NCBI GenBank assembly: GCA_030141605.1
Contig: JAQGDQ010000241.1
Coordinates: 62,001 to 126,000, forward strand
Source of the DNA: Tubiluchus corallicola
Taxonomy: Eukaryota > Animalia > Priapulida
Reading direction: 5' to 3'
DNA: 64,000 nucleotides
The position numbers were made by a program, and so were the translations under genes. This document shows, one piece after another, positions 1 to 11,500 of this stretch. Below the pieces are notes generated by a model. The model had not been told where the DNA came from. It saw nothing but the letters and a program-made list of their open reading frames with translations, and searched no databases. Position 1 is the first letter of the stretch. Every line of letters starts with the position of its first letter.

Positions 1-289
1 TGTTTACAACTCTGTTAACAAGAGAGAATTTTGAGACGTTTAATCTCAAGAAAGACGTAAACAGTTTAAAGTTGTGACCACGCAGATGATTGGCATACTG
101 AAGCATATAACCTTTATTTCCACTGTTTTGTTAAAAAAATCAGTAATCATATCGTGGAGTCGTGCACCATAACTACCTCTCTCATTTTATTCTGAAATTT
201 ATGAAGGTTGCAATGTACTGTAGTTAGCCATCTGAACCCTACAATTTGAAATCACAAAACTGATAAGATGAACGTATTTCTGTTTGCAG

Positions 290-397
290 ATGACGTATGC
301 GCAAGTTCTCCTTGCGTCAATGGGTACTGTCAAAATGCAGGCACTTCATACGCATGCGTGTGTAACGCGGGTTGGACGGGCAAACATTGTGATACAA
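290..397 (+). CDS. Gene A EGF exon (108 nt, phase 1-1)
   Basis: tgtttgcag|AT...ACAA|gtaag; six-Cys EGF pattern; same length and Cys spacing as gene B exon 15374-15481. Confidence 0.88.
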
Positions 398-3333
398 GTA
401 AGACGACTGAAACGATTATTTAAAATAACTTCCTAACCAATTATTTTTTCGTTAAACTGAAACTGAAATTTCTTCTGCACATAACTTATGTGTGTCAGAT
501 ATCAGTACACTAAATCACCTACAACTATAAACGTTAAACTAAATTTAAAAAACTTCCGAACGCCTAAAATTGGTTGTCAATAATCATCAGTAGGATGGAC
601 TTGGGCTAAGTGAGATTTGTGGGCTCAATTTTCTATATATAAACGGTGATTTATATAACACTTGCTTGTTGTAATGATAATGATTACTGTAACAATAGAA
701 AAGTTCGACTGTATAGTGTCTCTTTGTAATTCTTAACTTCGGTAAGAATAAACAAAAAGGCAAGCGCCTAAGTTTCATCTTTTTGTAGAACTGTAGCGTT
801 TCTGTTTTAGTGCTTTTACGGTCATCAAACAAATCTGATGTTATGTACCGGTACCAGAAAATTTAGGTGCAATTGTTTGCTTTTTCATGTCGTGGTACAT
901 GGCTTCATATTTACCTGGTGATAGCTATGGCACTAAAGCAGTCATCAGAAAAACCTGAAGCTTTGTACCAGTACTAGGAAATTCGAGTGCAACTGCTTGA
1001 ATTTCCGGATAGCTTCATATTTGCCTAGTGACGTGTATAGCAATACAGTAGAGACGTTACAGTTTTCAATAAAGATTTTTTCAAAACTAGCTTTGGCGGG
1101 TGCCTTTTTCTTTACCTTCAAATTAGTTTGCGTCATTTAAAAAATGTAGAATTCCAGTTCTTTGATTTAAAATAATTTTTTACGCAGGTTTATCGATAAG
1201 AGATTCTTGCTCTAACTATCGATGCGTTAGAGGGTACTGTGAGGATTCTTACTCTTCACCGAAATGCAATTGTTATTCTGGTTGGACAGGACAACATTGT
1301 GATGAACCTATAGCTAGGCCACCTAGCAACCAACGTAAATTCAATTCTATTCAATTTCTTTTTCTCATTCACAGCATTTTAGACTATTACATTAACTTAA
1401 ATAATGTGACTACAGTGTAACTGTAGTCGTTATGCTTACAATAAGATTTACTATTATTCGTTATTGTGCGTAAACATTAGAGAGACAGAAAGGTAAACCA
1501 CAACTTGATGTTTATTGTTTCGCATCACTCTCTAAAGTTTTTGCAAAGTAGTTGAGGAGGCTAATCAAAGGGGCTAAACAAAATACTCCTCAGTTGCGTC
1601 AGAGTTTTATTGAGGTTCTAACGTCATTAACGTCTGATTTTCGAAGAAAAACTGGTCAATTTTTTCGTGAACAAGTTACCCAAAGGGTGGATTGTTGTGA
1701 AGGTGTCCATGCGAGCAAGGGTTCAAATATGGGTCATGCAAACCATGTTACTCATACATGTTGTGGTTGAGAAATTGACTCAGAAATGCAAAAAGCTAAA
1801 CAGAAAATGAAAGTAAAAACTAGCCAGAATGTGTTCTGCATTCTTCATGCTGATCAAAATTACGGACAAGTGCTTAAAGGGTACACGTTTTTAGTCTGTT
1901 TACTGAACGGACGAGACCTTCCATACTAGGTACCTATAGCTGCTATGCAATGGCTTCGCACTTCAGTACTGCTTTCAAGTCGCTAGACAAATATGTAGTT
2001 ATGTACTGGAAATGAAAGCAATTACACCAGAATTTTCTGGTACTAGTGCAAAGCTTCAGAATTTTCTGATGACTGCTTTACTGCTCTAGCCATCAACAGA
2101 TAAGTATGAAGCCATGTAGCAGCACATAAAAAGCAAGCAATTTCACCTCAGTATAGAGGGCGTTCGAAAATAAATGGCATTTCTTCCACTCATCAATATT
2201 TTAACCATAGACAAAATTGACTAACAAGTATTGAACTAAAATGAATGGATGAATGGAATCGGGGATGTCAAAATTCAGCGAATTTTAGGACGACGATGAT
2301 GTGTGATAGAAGTATGAAGCTAACAAATTAGCGTCAAAGGGGGTCATGGAGTAACGTTGAAGATGCGTGGAGTGACTCCAAGTACGTCAAGGGAAAGCCA
2401 GCGTCAAAGAGCGTAAAACAAATAAATATCGCAAGTAATAATCAGGATTTTGGTTCCCACTAATTAACGCATGCAGTGATGTATATAGTGAATCCTTGAT
2501 GCTTTTTTATCGTTTATTTTGTTTAAAGCATTTGTTTGACGTCGTTGATGCTTGATGCATTATTGATATTAATGTCAATTTCTTGACACTCCTTATTAGT
2601 TCAGATACTGCTCGACACCCTTGACGCTTTTATGAAGCTCCTAATTAGCGTTTTTAACTCCACTTGATGCTCAAGGCACGTGCGAAAGCTGCCACTCTTA
2701 ATCCAGCCTTACTGGTTACACCACATGGGGAAGAGTTACAAAAACATATATTAAGTGCAAAATGTCATGTCCTAATTTTTGATCTTACGTGAATTGCAAG
2801 GTAATTCTGTTATGGGTTATACCCATTGATAGCTTATTAATTTATTAGTTTTTTTATTACAACTTATTGACTCTGATTGGTTGCGAGCTGACTAGAATAA
2901 TTCTGTCCCTCAGAATAAAGAGACTTACACAAGACACTTTATTCTGTATTTAGACCTGATGTAGTCACATGGGTTTATAGCTTTAACGACTAAAGCGTGT
3001 GGTTTGAAACCACAAGGTTCTGGGTTAGAAACTTGGTTGACAGTATTTTTTCAGAGCCTTCCTATTTAAATTTAACTGTTGATTCCGTACTTACAGCGAA
3101 AGTGTGATTTTTTTGCAGGACAGTATGGGTCAGGAAGCTCTTTTTTTGATAGAATACTTAGCAATGTTAAACCAGAAAGAGGAAGAGGCGGAGGCACAGG
3201 CAGAGGCAGAGGCAGAGGCAGAAGCAGAGGCAGCAGTGCACTATTTAGTCCGTCCGGTGCACAGACAGGCTCATCAGCTCCCGTTCAAAGAGATAACTCG
3301 TTTTTTAGTGGTTTCTTCAATGGCGGTGGCTGA
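290..3333 (+). CDS. EGF-repeat gene A, 3' part only (5' part lies upstream of the window); exons 290-397, 1188-1334, 3119-3333; two EGF modules plus RG-rich C-terminal tail
   Basis: Three AG/GT-bounded exons join in phase 1: DDVCASSPCVNGYC...GWTGKHCDT / SLSIRDSCSNYRCVRGYC...GWTGQHCDEPIARPPSNQ / RQYGSGSSFF...[21 protein letters not shown]...FFNGGG*; AATAAA at 3541-3546. Confidence 0.85.
864..2150. repeat. Two copies of an about 185-bp repeat in inverted orientation (about 864-1045 and 1965-2150) flanking gene A exon 1188-1334
   Basis: Copies align in reverse complement along their length; exact 19-mer TAAAGCAGTCATCAGAAAA at 934-952 versus 2062-2080. Confidence 0.8.
1188..1334 (+). CDS. Gene A EGF exon (147 nt, phase 1-1), Tyr-rich
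   Basis: ttttacgcag|GT...CAAC|gtaaat; CSNYRCVRGYCEDSYSSPKCNCYSGWTGQHC. Confidence 0.85.
2260..2680. repeat. Degenerate fold-back with short internal motifs (GCGTCAA-like on the left, TTGACGC/TTGATGC on the right)
   Basis: Several copies of the motif switch strand near 2460. Confidence 0.45.
3119..3333 (+). CDS. Gene A terminal exon, Arg/Gly/Ser/Phe low-complexity tail
   Basis: tttttttgcag|GA acceptor in phase 1 with the frame of ORF 3079..3333; ends in TGA; equivalent to gene B terminal exon. Confidence 0.75.
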
Positions 3334-4902
3334 GTTTGAAGCAGTCAGTTATTTGCTATGTCCTATTTAATGGAGATAACAACTGTTTTAAGTTTGTGTA
3401 TTATACTCTGATGTAATGTTAAATTTCCTCTTTTTGAGTCTGCGACGTGGTCATAAGCTAAACCAAACTGTACCGCGAAGCTAAAACTCTACCATTAACT
3501 AGCAGCTTTAACTGGTTTCAAAAGGTAACAAATCCAGTTAAATAAACAAGTTAAAAGTGATGTGTACCCATGGCATCATTTTTGGTACAAAGACTGCGTA
3601 GTTGTGGTTTCCATCCAAAATAACCATCCAAGCTAAATATGTTAAATTAGCCCTTAGTTGAAAAATTGTAACCATGGAGTGAACACTATGCCAAAATATT
3701 TAATATCAGCCAGATAATTTTCTTTAATATCTGCATTTATGAGCCTATTTTATGATCATTAATACTGTCCATTATAATATTGTGTAAATACTTTGTGGAA
3801 ATGTAGAATTAAAGTAGAATTAAATTTTGTGTTGGAAATATTATGTAAAATGAAATTCTTGAATATATATTTTAAAGATTTTGTTAACACAATGCTTTAC
3901 TCTTGCACTACACTGTTTCCATTTTTACCAACTGACGGCGCCAAGATTTACACAATTATATTATTTTATTATTCATTTATTATTTTAGGATTTAGACAAA
4001 GCAGGCTAGAGCTTACCTGAACTAACAGGTTTAACGTGATAAATTTCTTTGAAAGAAGGTTTAATTGTAAGTGAATGAGTTAAAATTACGCTTGAGTTTG
4101 AATTTCATCTAGGCCCCTAATTTAAATGATACAAAGTGTTTCTAACAACTTCAACGCTATTACAATGCATTTTTAAACATTTAAACAGACATTAGTAATA
4201 AAAAATTAACAATGTACTAATGATATAATCGTAATATTTCCTACTACGTACAATATCTTATCAGTTGCCTTTCTGTGTTGTGTAGAAACCGTCGATTTGC
4301 CACATTTCTGAAGTTTTAATAATAGAAATTATTGTTGTGTTCACTGTACAGGCTTGATAATAATTAAAAATTTCCCAGAGCCGCCTAACGAGGCCTATCG
4401 TGTATCAGGTATTACAAATAAAATATTATGATCACGACATTACTAATTATTACAAACCTATTTCCTTCTGAGCGATGACAGTTAACCGCGACAGATAACG
4501 TTCGTATCATGGCGGGGCCATTTTTTTCAATGGTTACTTCTTTGCACCATGTTTTATCATAAATAATTTCACCAAGTAAAACAGAAAATGTTTAATGGAA
4601 AACACATGGGAACCAAGTCGCTCATTCAAAAACTCGAAATCCGACATTGTTCTTGAATTATGCAAGTGGATTGAGTTTTGATATGAGTAAACTGTACGGT
4701 AAGAAATTTTCGTTCTGGACTTCGCTTCAGTGAAACGCTATTAAATTTTAACTCCAACAGTACGGTTAATTTTAAAAATTTAAATGAGTCAACCTAACTT
4801 TGCGGAGGTGCAACTAACGTGGTTCATGCATCGGCCCAAAAGCGGATTTCTGGAATAAACCTACACTAATAAATGAGTTTTGAAACCAAATTATAAAAGC
4901 GT

Positions 4903-4982
4903 AAAAAGCGGTCTGCACCAGGGTACGAACCAGGGACCTGGATTATAGAGTATAGCTCGACGATCACTAAACTACTTAGCTC
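4903..4982 (-). other. tRNA-like Pol III head (tRNA pseudogene or SINE fragment)
   Basis: A-box-like TAGTTTAGTGA, B-box GGTTCGTACCC, followed by TTTTT; stems do not form a valid cloverleaf. Confidence 0.45.
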
Positions 4983-6140
4983 CGCTAATTACGGCATGTT
5001 TTAATTTAATCCTTATCTTTCACCAAACAATTCCGCGTTTGGTTTAAATTTTTTACATTTGTAGGTTTATGCTATATTTGAAATTAAGATTTTAATTACG
5101 TGGAGACAGTCGTACGTAATTTTACTGCTTTTTTGCATAGATCTATTTATTACGATATTATCTTTTTTGTTCTGTATCATTTAAAAAAAAACTTTGGAAA
5201 ATATGGCATAAGGTAAAACCATAGACTTACAGAAACAGTATAATACCCTAAAGCCGCAATTAGGATTTCATTTCCTTTTATTTTCCAATAAAATGTTGTT
5301 GCAGAATTCGAAGTACGATGGCATGTCTTGATTGAAAGGTGATGAGGCCTTGTACAATTTGTTATAATAGCTGCGGGGCATAAATAAAGCTGACCGTACA
5401 AGCAGGTGTACCGCATTAGATCCGGTGTGTGGATTTCACTTCTTTGCCAATATCCTTTAACCACCAAGTCACGACTTTTTAACACTCGTCGTTAATACTA
5501 TGCCTTGTTAGTACATGTATATGCACATCTTAATAATAATTATACAGGCTTAAACTAGTACAACGTCCATTGAAAGTGCTGAAGCAGCTATAATGTGATT
5601 GTTTTCGCGGAGCGACTCTGAAAGATCTGTAAATTAAGCTGACAAAACTGGACAGAGAAACTGGTTGTTGTTTAGTCTGTAAAACGTGCTACCTGTGCTT
5701 TCTTACTGCATAGAAATCTACATAGAAATATAAGGTAAGAAAATGATGTTAAAATTATTCACCTGTTGCGGCGTAGGTCTAATTTGAATCTGTTCAAACG
5801 GAAAAACCGCATCCTATTATAAGTGTGCCTGTATAGGCCTACACTACAGGATTAGCCTTCACTGCGCATGATCATTACTGCAATTCTTTTCAAAATTTTT
5901 ACTCGCATTACCTAATAAACCTACTAACGTCTTTGCCAAGTTGGGCTGTTGTGATTTATTATAAGACTTTGTACGTCTTACTAATTAACATTAGTTTTTT
6001 ATTGGGCGTCGACGTTTTTCATAGGGAGATCTATATTAGGATCTTATTGAAAATTTTATATGTAAAGAGTTGACCATTCAAAGAGCTGCTTTTTATTTCA
6101 CATTAATAAAAATGATCGTTTTGCATTAATTTTTTATCAA

Positions 6141-6420
6141 GGAAAAAACATATCAGCCACATTTGCTCAAAACTTAGTAAAGTAGTTGGAATTTTCAAAA
6201 AATATTATAAAATTTTAGATTTATCTGCTTATAAACAGCTGTATTACACGTCTGCATATCCTTACTTTGACTATTGCAGTATAGTATGGGGTAATACGTA
6301 TGCAGATACCTTAGAAAGATTATTAAAAATTCTAAAAAAGCTCATCCGTCTAATGACGGACTCGCATTACAGAGCTCATACCGACATTCTCTTTGAAAAT
6401 TTGAAAATATTGAAAAGCCA
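6141..6420 (+). mobile_element. Decayed non-LTR retrotransposon (L2/CR1-group) ORF2 fragment
   Basis: KHISHICSKLSK (frameshift) ...QLYYTSAYPYFDYCSIVWGNTYADTLERL...YRAHTDILFENLKIL, typical of the region after the RT domain. Confidence 0.7.
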
Positions 6421-7159
6421 GTAATAATAAATAAATAAATTTAAGAAACTTTTAAAAAAAATATTTACTAGAAAATATGTGATTTGATAAATGATGTAAG
6501 ATGTAAATTTTTTTACCATAATTTTACAATTTTATCGTACTAATCAAGTTTTAATCTTTTTACCAGCACTTTACGACGTTTTTAACGGACATAAAAGTCT
6601 CTTGACTTCAGTTCATAGATGTATTATAAATAAATAAATAAATAAATAAAATAAATGATATTATTGAGATTATGAGTAATTTATACAATTTTTGCTTAGG
6701 CCTAAAATCTCCTTTAAAACTATAGGCCTACTACTTAAACGTTTACTTACCATATTTCTGAAATTAGCAGAAATTGGTGAGTCGGCTAAAGATACATTTA
6801 GTATATTTTTAGTTCTACATCCGTCACGTTCTGACCACAAAAACTTTATTGTTAACCGTTTTTTTCACGCATCTGATGAAGTATTCGGGTCGCACACATC
6901 TTTAATTAATTACATCGTTTACCAATTTACTTTTAATATTGTGCTTTGATTTATATTCAGTATGTTTACATGACATTTTTTCATTCGTTTCTAATCGTAT
7001 TTTCTTTTTGTAACGTTTCTAAGTCTTTCGCCTTTTGCTTCTTCTTAGCTCTCTTTTGCAGCTGTAATCTAAGCTTTCTTTTAACTTCTTAAATTTTGGA
7101 TTTTGCTGTAAATATTTTTGTTATTCCCTTACTTTGCTTTTATTTCTACTTTTCAACGG

Positions 7160-7271
7160 AGTTTACAATTCCCCACACAATTTAAGTACCCTAGCCTAAC
7201 CCTAAACCTAACCCAACCTTGACCCTAATCAGCTTCACGAACTAATTTCTTGTGTGTGGGAATTGTAAACT
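7160..7271. mobile_element. Short MITE-like element with about 21-bp inverted termini around degenerate CCCTAA repeats
   Basis: AGTTTACAATTCCCCACACAA ... TTGTGTGTGGGAATTGTAAACT; interior cctagcctaaccctaaacctaacccaaccttgaccctaa. Confidence 0.65.
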
Positions 7272-8501
7272 TTAGCCCTGCTCTTTTTAGCTGTGAGGCA
7301 TTATTATAATATATTTTTCAAATTGCTTGTATTTTTATTTATATATTTTAACATGTTTAAGTTTCTTGCTTTTTCACTCATTTTAAGCTCAATTGCGAAT
7401 GTAAGTTCAGCTTTCATTGTGTGTGTTTCTGCTTACTTTCCTTGTGTATCAAGTCACACAGTATTCGAACGGTTATGTGTATGTTTTGTAAATTTTAGGT
7501 ATGTGTCCTTACATGTATTTATTTTTCTTAATTCTAAATTACTGTTGGCACCAATCAGAACGTTGTTGAAAACGAGTTTTGTTCAATCAAGTTTACGCCG
7601 AATAAATATATTTTCTTAACTTTGTCAATCGCAGTGGATTTTTCAAACTTTTATTTTCTAATTTAATGGTGCCATAAAGTTTTTATTTAAAGGATGTGTG
7701 CTCAAAAACCCCGACTTAGTTTTTACAAAATAAATAAAACGAGATTACTGCAATCTGCCCGTGACAATGAACTTGATGCATGCAGGGCAGGGTTCGTAAT
7801 CTCGTTTCAAGGTGACGCACGCAGCAGAAAAACGCTGTACATACTGAAACAGGTATTTAACACAAAATTCACTCTGGGCTAAGTCACCCCGGATCACTTT
7901 TGACCTCAGATTTAGTTGTCTTTAATAACATTCGTGCCCTTACTCACCAACAATTGCTACTTGAATTTTCGCCATTATTTTACAGACAAGTTTGTTTCTT
8001 GTTGCTAAACTTGTTACAACAGTTTCATTGCCACTGAGATGGTTTTCACTTATACGGATCTTTTCAAAATGTTAGTCACAGGTACTCTTTTCGGTTTTCA
8101 AAATGTAAAGCTCGTAAAGCTTATACAATATACACGCATCAAACCAGTAGATGGATACCAGTACTAGCTTTAAGCAATTAATACACGAATGACAATACAA
8201 ATGTTCTCACCCAAAAGGTATACGCATCATCACATATGACGTCATCATACCCAACACATGGCCGCATAAATTTGTCTTCCGTTTAAAAACTGATAAGAGT
8301 TAGATCTGGTGAACAAGAGGCTATACATAGGGCTGATCCAACAAGTTTTATCCCAAACGAGAGGCGTGAACAACCGAAATGCGCTATCACTATTTCTACC
8401 CGAGGTTCTCCTTTCGCTAGATCGAAATCGGGCGACTTCTCCATAATTTTAGTATCTTATCGTATTCAGGTCTTTGAATTTACCCAATTTCAATGCAAGA
8501 A

Positions 8502-8507
8502 TATAAA
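8502..8507 (+). promoter_or_regulatory. Candidate TATA box of gene B
   Basis: TATAAA about 70 nt upstream of a short exon ending ATGTATGCAG|gt (8586), which splices in frame to ag|CCATCATG (8699). Confidence 0.35.
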
Positions 8508-8576
8508 GCTTTTGATCACGCCTTCTATAACTTCCTCGTGGTTAGAGTTCTTGCTAGTGTTGTTTGCAAACTGACA

Positions 8577-11500
8577 ATGTATGCAGGTATACATTTATTT
8601 ATTATGTTGGTAGAAAACGAAGTTTTATCTGTACAAAATGGTTTTAAGGTAATGCGAAGCTGATTTCAACTCAGGGTAATCATCCAATGATCATTTAGCC
8701 ATCATGAAGGGTACGCTTATCGCTATAGCTGTGTTTCTATTGTGCTCAAAGAATACAACGGCTCAGTCCTGCAGGGATTCCTCGACAGGATTCATTAAAG
8801 CCTGCGGTTCGAATAATCCCACCAATGGAGCACAAGGTAGATGTTACTGTGACAAATACTGCAGCGTTAGTGGACCATGTTGTGATGATGTGTGTGAAGT
8901 GTGCAATGAAATATGCGGTAAGTATAGGCCTATTTAAATGCAATTACTTGTTATGCATATTCTTGGTATAGTCCTTTTTATTTAATTTTACGGCCTATGT
9001 GGCCTATTTAGTATTATATATTAATTTTGAGTTTAAACCTTAATCACTTTGCATGCAAAGATAATAAAAACCTAAAGCTGTTATGCTCGTAATGCCAAGA
9101 GAACAAATAGATCTTATTTCTCATTGTCTTGCGTAGATTGCAGTAAACCTGTGACTAAGGTGAAAGCAATTTATTGTGAAAATGACAACAATTAACGTTA
9201 CTGGGATAGAAGGTGGCACTGAAGGAGTGAATGGTAACGACCTGTAAAACTCTACCATTACCTGAATAGTAACGAGGACTGTACTAGACGTTAATCAACA
9301 CGAGTGGTTTTATGTGTTGTATGAATTGAGTTATTAACTTATTTGCAATATCGCTTCTTACAGTTCCAGCATGCAACCTCAGACCTTGTCGAAACGGTGG
9401 AAAGTGTTCTAACCGTGGAATGGATTATTTGTGTGATTGTTCTGGCACAGGCTTTCATGGAGAAAACTGTGAAATAAGTATATCTTTAAAACATAATATT
9501 CTTTATTAACTACTACCAACCAGATGCTCTTTAATTGTTTGTTATAAATACGTATTATATACGCTCGTGTACAAACATATGTAATATTTTGTTAATCTCT
9601 CCTACTTTTATTCATTTTCAACTCTTACTTGATATTGCTCGTAGCATTGTTAAAGTGCCTTCTACTTATAGGAGATGGACCTCAAAGGCCATGTGACAGT
9701 AGCCCTTGCCAGAATCTTGGCCAGTGCCGTGAAAATGGTAACTCGTACACGTGCCTTTGCCGCCCTGGCTTTCAAGGGCGGAATTGCGAAGACGTGATAC
9801 AATTCGATGCATGTTCTAGAAGACCTTGTCAGAATGGAGGAACGTGCATTCCGAATGGGAGATCATTTACTTGTAATTGCGTTCCGCCTTGGACTGGAGT
9901 ATTTTGCAATAATGCAGAACCATGCGCCAATCATCAGTGTGAAAATGGAGCGACATGTGAACCAAATGGATTGTCCTATACTTGCAGGTGTAGAGGCGGT
10001 TTTAGTGGACAATTTTGTGCCACTCTAGATCACCCGTGTGACACTGGAGCCCACCAATGCGCCAATGGTGCTACCTGTTTAAAAAACGGCCAGGACTATA
10101 ATTGTCAATGTCCAAACAGATACAGTGGCAGATTATGTCGTAACTTTAATCACCCATGTAATGACGTCCCTTGTCAAAATAATGGGCAGTGTGTTCAGCA
10201 AGGCCAAGACTATTCATGCAACTGCCAAAATGGATTTACTGGCAAAAATTGCCAGTCACGGATACATCCTTGCGATCGAAATCAGTCACCATGTCAAAAC
10301 GGTGGGACATGTCAGAAAAATGGAAATTCCTACACTTGCAGATGTCGGCAAGGCTTTGTAGGTCAAAACTGTGAAAACCGACCTCCTTGTTTCAACCACA
10401 AATGCCAAAATGGTGCCACGTGTGTGCCAAATGGAGGTTCTTATACTTGCAGATGCCGAAATGGATTTAGTGGACAATTTTGTGCTACACAAGACCATCC
10501 ATGTGACACTGGTACTCACCAATGCGCTAATGGTGCTACGTGTTTAAAGAATGGCCAAGACTATAATTGTCAATGTCCAAACAGATACAGTGGCAGGCTA
10601 TGCCGCAACTTTGATCATCCTTGCAATGATGCCCCTTGTCAAAATAATGGGCAGTGTATTCAACAAGGCCAAGATTATTCGTGCAACTGCCCAAACAGAT
10701 ACAGTGGCAGGCTATGCCGCAACTTTGATCATCCTTGCAATGATGCCCCTTGTCAAAATAATGGGCAGTGTATTCAACAAGGCCAAGATTATTCGTGCAA
10801 CTGCCGAAATGGATTCACTGGCAAAAACTGCCAGTCACGGATACATCCTTGCGATCGCAATCAGTCACCATGTCAAAACGGCGGCACATGTCAGAAAAAT
10901 GGAAATACTTACTCTTGCAGATGTAGATCAGGTTTCACTGGTCAAGACTGTGACGTTCTTGTCCATGCTTGTGACAATTCTCCATGTAGAAATGGGGGAA
11001 CATGCATTCCTAATGGACAAGATTACACTTGTACTTGCGAGTTCGGCTGGACAGGAAGACGTTGTGGGAATGCTGTTGATTTTTGTGCAAATAACAGGTG
11101 TGACCAAGGTAGATGCCAGCCTGATGGAAATGTTCGTGAAGGTTATACGTGCCAGTGCAGACAAGGATTTACTGGACAGTTTTGTGATGTTCAGGTGCAA
11201 CCTTCACCATGTTCTAACAATCCTTGCTTGAATGGTGGCACTTGTATTCAGATTTCGCCTTCTGAATTTAGTTGTGACTGCACTGCAAACTTTGGAGGAA
11301 ATATTTGTGACTTGGGTAAGAAGGCTAGACTTTTAGGTTTGCTGCGTTTAACGAAGAACCTTCATTAACTTTTTGTCGTGCTGTCACCTTGTAGTAGTGC
11401 ATGTAGTACTACCTCATAGATTTAAGCTAATTTTTCCTCGCAAATGTGTGATAACTTCTTCAAAATAGAGAAATCTTATCAGAATATAGAAACAACTTAG

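Noticed and set aside
3104-3370. ORF with an EAEAQAEAEAEA repeat
   Set aside because: Alternative frame of the GGCAGA repeat; splice phase from the upstream exon selects the RG frame
4903-4982. Functional tRNA gene (also 36208-36280 and 16122-16197)
   Set aside because: A/B boxes present but acceptor and anticodon stems do not pair; kept only as tRNA-like heads
9807-11231. Overlapping ORFs on both strands inside the giant exon
   Set aside because: Shadow frames of a repetitive coding exon
9629-11368. Calling gene B Notch, Crumbs, Delta or fibropellin
   Set aside because: No LNR, ankyrin, laminin-G, DSL, CUB, avidin or transmembrane segment in the reconstructed protein; EGFs lack the calcium-binding consensus
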